Positions 58,295 to 64,000 of a stretch of 64,000 bases of DNA are shown piece after piece (positions within the stretch are counted from its first letter, which is position 1; every line of letters begins with the position of its first letter). Under the pieces are notes generated by a model. That model was not told the origin of the DNA. It saw only the letters and a program-made list of their open reading frames with translations, and ran no database searches. Source of the DNA: Malacoraja senta. Taxonomy: Eukaryota. The stretch lies in contig JAXLNO010000114.1 of the NCBI GenBank assembly GCA_038087875.1, forward strand, positions 124,001-188,000, in the 5' to 3' direction. The translations under genes were made by a program, and so were the position numbers.

Positions 58295-60810
58295 TTCTTT
58301 TTTTTTGTTTTCTGTTTTTGTTTATTTTATTAGAAGTTAATACAATACAAAACAATACAGTGGCACCTAATTTTAGGTGCCAACTATGTCATAACGTAAT
58401 GCATTCTATGTACAACCTCTAGTTTTATGTTTTTGAAAAGGAGGTAAAATTTTTTTTAAAAAGAAAGAAAAAAATAGAGAAAAGAAAGAGGAAAAATAAA
58501 TAGTAGAAAATAGAAAAACGTGAAGTGTGTATATAAGAAAAGAAAAAATAGAAAGTAGAAATAGTAGAAAAAGACCCTTAAAAAAGAAATTTTCAAATCT
58601 TTGTTTGGAGATGTAAATCTATCCACGACCTGACCTGAAATCAGTAATCTTTACGGTACTGCTGCATCACATGATTGCAAAAAGTCGATGAAAGGGGACC
58701 AACTCCTTGAGAATTGGTCATATTTATCTATTAGGCGGAGTCTCATTTCTTCAAGGTGTGCTATGTCCGTCATATTCCTAATCCACATTTTAATAGTTGG
58801 TATAGCTGTATTTTTCCAAAATTTAAGTATCAATTTCTTTCCCATTATTAACCCATAATTAAAGAATACTTTTTGGTCTTTGTTTAAATTGAAATCTTCT
58901 AATATTATTCCAAATATAATCCATTCCATATTAGGTTCTATTCTTGACTTGAAGAGCTTTGTAAATATATCAAATATATCACTCCAAAATGTATTCAAGT
59001 TTGTACATCCTACAAATGAATGTGTTATATTGGCATTTTGAAACAAACATTTATCACATCTGGGAGAGACATTTGGGTAAAATTTATTCAACCTCGTTTT
59101 TGAATAATATAGTCTATGTAATAATTTAAATTGAATTCAATTATGTCTTGCATTAATGGAACAATTATGTGTATTCATCAGATACTTTTCCCATCTATCT
59201 TTCGGGATCTTTATCATTAGTTCATGTTCCCAATCTTCTCTTAGTGCCTCTATTGAGGGTAATTCTCTATTTAATATACTATTATAAAAATATGATATTA
59301 GTTTTTGTGAATCAGCCTTAATATTCATTGCTTCTTCTAAAGGGTCTAAAAATATAGTTTGAAATCTATGTATATATTTCTTCATAAAGTCACATATCTG
59401 TATATATTTAAAATATTGATTATCATTCAGTTTAAATTTTAATTTTAATTGTTGAAATGATAACAATTTGCCCAGTTCATACATATCTCCTACTTTCCTA
59501 ATCCCCAATCTATCCCATTGTTTATATGTTTTATCGATAAGAGATGGTTTGAATGCAGGATTATTCAGAATTGGGGTTAATACTGATAGATTATTTAATT
59601 TCAAGGATAATTTTATTTGTTTCCAAATTCTTATTGTATTGTGAATAATTGGGTTCTTCTTATATATTATACTATTCAATTTTATTGGTGAGAACAAGAT
59701 CGTTCCTATATCGTACGGGAAACACTCCTCTTTTTCCATTCTTATCCACTCCGACTGGTGAGTTGAACTATCCAACCAGTACATTATGCTCTTAATATGC
59801 CCAGTAGTAATACGTAAAGTTAGGTAGTGATAAACCCCCAGCTTCTTTAGCTTTACACAAATGCTTTCGTTGAATTCTGTGTGCTCTATAATCCCATATA
59901 AAATTAGTGATATTAGAATCTAGTTTTTTGAAAAAATATTTCGGAATATATATTGGGATCGCTTGAAACAAATATATTAATTGTGGTAAGAAAGTCATTT
60001 TTATAGCGTTAATTCTACCTATCAATGAGAGTGGGAGCGTTTTCCAAAATTTAATCATAACATTCAATTTATTTAATAGTGGCATAAAATTGGCGCTAAA
60101 TAATGATTTGTGTCTTCTCGTAATTTGAATACCTAAATACTTGAATTTTTCTGTTGCAATTTTGAAAGGGAATTTTAATAAGTGTCTCGCATCCTGTGGT
60201 TTTAAAGACATGATTTCGCTTTTATTCCAACTTATTCTATATCCTGAAAAAGAACCAAATTCCTCAATTAGTGTTAATAAGGTGGGAATACTCGTTTGTG
60301 TATTAGTAATATATAAAAGAATATCATCAGCATATAATGAAATTTTATTCTTTGAGTCCTTGGTATTATATCCATGAATATTCGGATGATTTCTAATCCT
60401 TTCAGCCAGCGGTTCTATCATAAGGGCAAATAGCAATGGTGATAAGGCACAACCCTGCCTATTACCCCTTGATAAATAAAATTTTGAAGATAACATATTG
60501 TTAGTTAATATTCTTGCCGTAGGTTTATTATAAAGTAGTTTAACCCATCTAATAAAATTCTCTCCCGTATTAAATTTTTCGAGTACCTTATATAAATACT
60601 GCCATTCTACCTGATCAAATGCCTTCTCTGCATCCAGCGTAACGACTGAAATGTCTTCAATGTCCTCTTTGTGAGAGTACATTATATTGAAAAGCCTTGT
60701 CAAGTTATTAAATGATTGTCTTTTGGGTATAAATCCCGTTTGATCCGGGTTTACCAATTTATTAATATAATTATTCAGTCTTCTTGCTAGAATCTTTGCT
60801 AAAATTTTCT
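58295..60810 (-). mobile_element. L1 3' portion, frameshifted
   Basis: ORF2 pieces 59792-60757 (YADD), 59137-59784 and 58651-59091. The 3' end reads cttctaataaaataaa. Confidence 0.9.
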
Positions 60811-63800
60811 TTTTTAAATATTTTTATTTTATTAGAAGTAAGTACAATTGTATACAATCATATTTTCACAATACCTTTTATGTACAGCTTCTTATTTAAA
60901 TTTTTTTTTGAAATAAAGAAGAAAAAGAAAAAAGTTAGATAATGAAAAATTAGAAAAATGTGATATATAGTGTGTGAAAAAGAAAAATAAAGAATGAAAT
61001 AAGAAAGTTGAGACATAGAAAATAGAAGAAAGAGAATAAATGAAAAGAAGAGAAGAAAAGAAAATAGAAGGAGATCATTTATAATCTTGACCATCCGCAG
61101 TCACGGATTAGCTTTTACACCTGTTTTGCACCATACGTTTCCAAAAAGATGACAAATGGAGACCAACTCGTTATGAATTGGTCAAATTTATCTATTAGGA
61201 GGAATCGCATTTCCTCAAGATGTGCGGTATCCAACATACTTGCAATCCACATTTTGAGCGTTGGTATTGGTGTATTTTTCCAAAATTTCAATATTAATTT
61301 TTTTGCTATTATTAAACCATAATTAAAAATTGACTTTTGAGATGAGCTCAATTTGTTCCCGTCTTCCATTACCCCAAATATAATCAATTCATTATTGGGT
61401 TCCATTTTTGTCTTAAATAATTTTGTAAATATTTCGAAAATATCACTCCAAAATCCATGAAGTTTTATACAAGAAACAAAAGAGTGTGTTATAGTTGCTT
61501 CTTGGATTAAACATTTATCGCAAATGGGCGATATATTTGGATAAAATTTATTTAATCTTGTTTTTGAGTAATATAATCTATGTAAAATTTTAAATTGGAT
61601 TAGATTATGTCTTGCATTAATCGAACACTTGTGAATGTATGTCAAATACTTTTCCCATGTAACCTTCGTAATTTTTATCAATAATTCCCGTTCCCACTCT
61701 TCTCTAATTACCTCGGTCACAGGTAAATCTATATTTAAGATACTATTATATAAATATGCTATTAATTTTTGTGTATCAGCTTTTATATTCATTACTTCTT
61801 CTAGTAAATCAGGAGTTATTTTTTGATATCCCTGTATGTATGTCTTCAAAAAATTACAAATCTGAAAATATTTAAAATAATGAGTGTTTTTCAGTTTAAA
61901 TTTTAATTGTAATTGTTGAAATGATAATAAATCTCCCATTTCATACATATCCCCGATCTTTTTAATTCCTAAACTTTCCCATTGATTATATATTTTATCC
62001 ATCATAGATGGTTTAAATAAAGGATTATTCGCTATCGGTGTTAACAATGATAGGTTTCTTAATTTTAAGGATAGTTTTATTTGTTTCCATATTCTTATTG
62101 TATCTTGTATAATTGGGTTTTTCTTATTTTCTTAATTGGGTTGTTCATTTTTTTCGGGGAGAAGAGGATTGTTCCTATATTACAAGGATAACAATCCTCT
62201 TTCTCCATTTTTATCCATTCTGTCTGTTGAGTTGAACTATCCAACCAGTAAATTATATTCTTAATATGTATTGCCCAATAGTAATACAAAAAATTAGGGA
62301 GTGAAAGTCCCCCGACATCTTTTGGTTTACATAAGTGTTCTTTTTTAATTCTATGTGATTTGTAATCCCAAACAAAATTAGTAATATTAGCATTCAATTT
62401 AGAGAAGAAATATTTTGGTACATATACTGGTATAGATTGAAATAAGTATAATAACTGTGGTAAGAAGCTCATTTTAATAGCATTTATTCTGCCTATTAAT
62501 GATAAAGGGAGTGTTTTCCAAAATTTTATCATTATATTAAGTTTATTTATTAAGGGTATAAAATTAGCATTGAATAAAGCTTTATGTTTTCTAGTAATCT
62601 GTATACCCAGATATTTAAATTTTTCTGTTGCTATTTTAAAGGGGAATTTCAATAAGTGTGTGGATTCTTGAGGTTTTAACGTCATAATTTCACTTTTGTT
62701 CCAATTTATTCTATATCCTGAAAAGGACCCAAATTCCTCTATTAAATTTAATAAATTTGGTATACTCGTTTGTGAATTTGTTATGTATAACAAAATATCG
62801 TCTGCATACAATGAAATTTTATTATTTGAGTCCCTAGTGTTATAACCCTGAATATTCGGATGGCTTCTTATACTTTCAGCCAGAGGTTCTATCATAAGGG
62901 CAAATAGCAGGGGTGATAAAGCACATCCCTGCCTATTACCCCTTGATAATTGAAATTTTTGAGATAACATGCTGTTAGTTAATATTCTTGCCATCGGTTT
63001 ATCATATAATAATTTCACCCATGCAATAAAATTCTCTCCCATATTAAATTTTTGTAATACTATGTATAAATACTGCCATTCTACCTGATCAAATGCTTTC
63101 TCTGCGTCCAAAGAAATAATTGCTAAGTCTTTTTCTTCCTTTTTATGTGAGTACATTATATTAAACAGGCGTCTCAAATTATTAAATGAATATCTTTTGG
63201 GTATAAACCCCGTTTGATCAGGGTTTATCAATTTACTAATATATTTGCTTAGTCTTCTAGCTAAGGTCTTTGCTAGAATTTTCTGGTCGGTATTTAAAAG
63301 TGATATAGCTCTATATGAACCCGGTTCCTCTAGATCTTTATCTTTCTTTGGAATAAGCGTAATAGTTGATTCTGCTAATGTTTCAGGTAATTTATTTTCT
63401 TTAAAAACGTGAGTATATAAATTAAATAGATAGGGGGTCGTTATCTCATGAAACTTTTTATAAAATTCATTACTAAAACCATCTGGTCCCGGTGTCTTAC
63501 CATTTTTCAGCAATTTTATTGTTTCACCTATTTCTTCGATTGTAATTTGCGCTCCTAGTTCTTCTTGTTCCAAAAGGTCAAGTTTTGGTAGATTACATTT
63601 ATCTAAAAAATTTGTAATTTTACTATCTTCTGTTTTGGTTTTTGATGTGTATAAATTCTGATAAAATTGAACAAATCTTTTATTGATATCTTTAGGTAGT
63701 GTTAGTAATTCACCATTCTCAGATTTAATTTTATTTATAGTATTTTCCTTTTCCTGTTTTTTCAATTGACGCGCCAACAGCTTATGTGGTTTGTCACCAA

Positions 63801-64000
63801 ACTCAAAATGTTCCTGTTTTGTAATTTGGAATAATCTTATTACCCTTGCCGAGAGAATTCGGTTAAGTTTAAATTTCAGTAGTATTATCTTATTATGTTT
63901 ATCTATAGTGGGATCTTTAGCATTATCTAACTCTAACTGTCTTATTTCTTGTTCTAACAGCATCTGTTCAGTTTTATTCTTCTTATTTTGAAAAATTTCA
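60811..64000 (-). mobile_element. L1 inserted into the previous L1, running off the window
   Basis: ORF2 pieces 62095-63963 and 61115-62047, plus a 3' UTR and A-tail at 60811-60835. Confidence 0.9.

Overview
This is vertebrate genomic DNA, most likely from a cartilaginous fish such as a skate or ray (inferred from the CR1/HE1-SINE/Penelope repeat repertoire and the NLR exon layout). The window holds two convergent NLR (death-fold-NACHT-LRR, NLRP/NLRC3-like) genes. NLR-1 is on + (nine exons, 2428-10123, frame open, but with a net 131-codon in-frame deletion inside NACHT). NLR-2 is on - (seven exons, 46360-23079, with a Walker-B DGLDE->DGLDQ change and one GC donor). The locus also has an orphan inverted copy of the NLR-2 death-fold exon (21706-21863) and an orphan caspase-2-like exon (13512-13621). 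It is framed by a diverged inverted duplication (1-~2000 plus 15937-~21965 versus ~46095-57445) that includes a Helitron whose two copies keep complementary pieces of the PIF1 helicase. A full-length L1 with two intact ORFs (38165-44755) sits in an NLR-2 intron between two apparently identical 1366-bp direct repeats arranged as a target-site duplication. The rest is CR1, Rex1, L1, Penelope (with minimal hammerhead-ribozyme motifs), SINE, MITE and THAP/ISL2EU-like elements plus mini- and microsatellites. All alignments were done by eye, and transposon boundaries are approximate unless termini are quoted.
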